From the IMG/VR virus record IMGVR_UViG_3300035208_008180: a stretch of DNA of 64,000 bases; one strand, written 5' to 3'. Each line of letters starts with the position of its first letter. Within the stretch, counting starts at the first letter, position 1. Shown here piece after piece: positions 63,111 through 64,000 of this stretch. Below the pieces are notes generated by a model that saw nothing but the letters and a program-made list of their open reading frames with translations, was not told where the DNA came from and did no database searches. The stretch is from a virus. Its lineage: Duplodnaviria > Caudoviricetes. The position numbers were made by a program, and so were the translations under genes.

Positions 63111-64000
63111 TTTGACTATCCTTACATGCTGTTACATTAAATACCGGACATGATCTGCATTGTTTAACAAATTTACAATTACAACCACAAGAGGATGTTG
63201 TAATTGTTGCTCGCCATTGAATGGCCTTTTTGGCAAACCACACATCTTTGAGAAAGTCTTGACAATTTAATACATCAAGACCTTCTTCCCATCCTTTTTC
63301 GCCTTCGCAGAAAGAGCAAGCAAAATATTTCCCTTCACAATTGATATATGAGGAAAAGAGCCCCGATTCACACGGCTCAGCCAGGATAAGCATTTGTTCT
63401 TCATCAGCTTGTCCTTCTACAGTTTTGAAAAACAAAGGGGCGGAACAGGAATCGAACCCCGCACCAACACCCTTGTCTTTGGAGTAAGCAATTAACTTTT
63501 TGTATTTTTTGACTGTTGAAATAGGATGAAATGCGTCAGTATTATGACCCTTGGGCTTATATTGCAGATAAACTATGGCATTGACTTTTTTAAGCCGAGG
63601 ATCAGAAGCAACATCATCAATAATATTAAATGCTTTTTCCCATGTTTCTTCTGACAACATGAAGTGAATGTTTACTGCATTAAGTGTGTTTCCAGGTTTG
63701 CCAATTTCATCAGTGAATAATTTTATAGCATCATAGCTTTTTTCTTTATTCACAATGCTAACAGCTAAGGCTCCACAAAGTCTACCGGCAAGCTCAGCAA
63801 CCACAGGCGTTACATCTTGTCCTGATGTGGTAAAATTGGGAATTATTCCTTTGCTTCTAGCATACATTGCCATTTTAAAGAAGTCAGGATTGCTATGCAT
63901 ATCGCATAACCCAAAAGCAATTTGCGTGAGGACTTTCGGCATTTTGTCCAAAATAATTTTGAACTGCTCGAAAGTCATATTGACTTCTTCTTCATTGGGG
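63097..64000 (-). CDS. Radical SAM protein with C-terminal SPASM-like domain (5' end outside window)
   Basis: Frame stays open to the window edge (PNEEEVNMTFEQF); QIAFG..SNPD, PNFT, GFDSC, CESGLFSSYIN..G...ACSFC, CRSCP; CxxxCxxC expected upstream, not visible. Confidence 0.75.
   Translation of the reverse strand, partial: PNEEEVNMTFEQFKIILDKMPKVLTQIAFGLCDMHSNPDFFKMAMYARSKGIIPNFTTSGQDVTPVVAELAGRLCGALAVSIVNKEKSYDAIKLFTDEIGKPGNTLNAVNIHFMLSEETWEKAFNIIDDVASDPRLKKVNAIVYLQYKPKGHNTDAFHPISTVKKYKKLIAYSKDKGVGAGFDSCSAPLFFKTVEGQADEEQMLILAEPCESGLFSSYINCEGKYFACSFCEGEKGWEEGLDVLNCQDFLKDVWFAKKAIQWRATITTSSCGCNCKFVKQCRSCPVFNVTACKDSQNVEI

Noticed and set aside
1017-63153. Numerous short antisense ORFs in the supplied track (e.g. 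7105..7575, 10613..11053, 60742..61305)
   Set aside because: They are shadows of well-supported genes on the opposite strand, with no RBS or motifs.
1-64000. Alternative genetic code (stop-codon reassignment)
   Set aside because: Conserved genes are full length under the standard code and TAA, TAG and TGA all appear as genuine stops.

Overview
This is an AT-rich, gene-dense 64 kb segment of a large T4-like (jumbo/huge) dsDNA phage. A prepilin/DUF1559-like gene tentatively suggests a Planctomycetota/PVC host. The mostly minus-strand backbone encodes nucleotide metabolism (thyA, dCMP deaminase, dATP/dGTP diphosphohydrolase) and replication/recombination (RecA/UvsX, gp32-like SSB, UvsY-like, gp41/DnaB, UvsW-like, Hel308-like and RecD2-like helicases, a truncated family-A polymerase). 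It also carries six DNA-type methyltransferases, homing endonucleases and auxiliary enzymes (HPr, RlmN-like, KamA, CoaB, a CoaC-M23 fusion). Three things stand out. (1) About 19 unrelated genes, many on the opposite strand and behind a TATATA box 5-10 nt from the ATG, share an N-terminal M-x(1-4)-F-x-x-(W/F)-(L/I/M/V)-E tag resembling the T4 capsid-targeting sequence. The tagged cargo includes four ADP-ribosyltransferase-fold proteins, a CCA-adding enzyme, a cysteine hydrolase and a Dam methylase, suggesting a virion-packaged, injected enzyme set. (2) Four tandem MKxRxGFVSNSS(S/T)xSF paralogs lie downstream of a radical SAM/SPASM enzyme. (3) Three promoter-associated, highly structured intergenic regions are ncRNA candidates. 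All calls come from reading motifs by eye; no database searches or folding programs were run.
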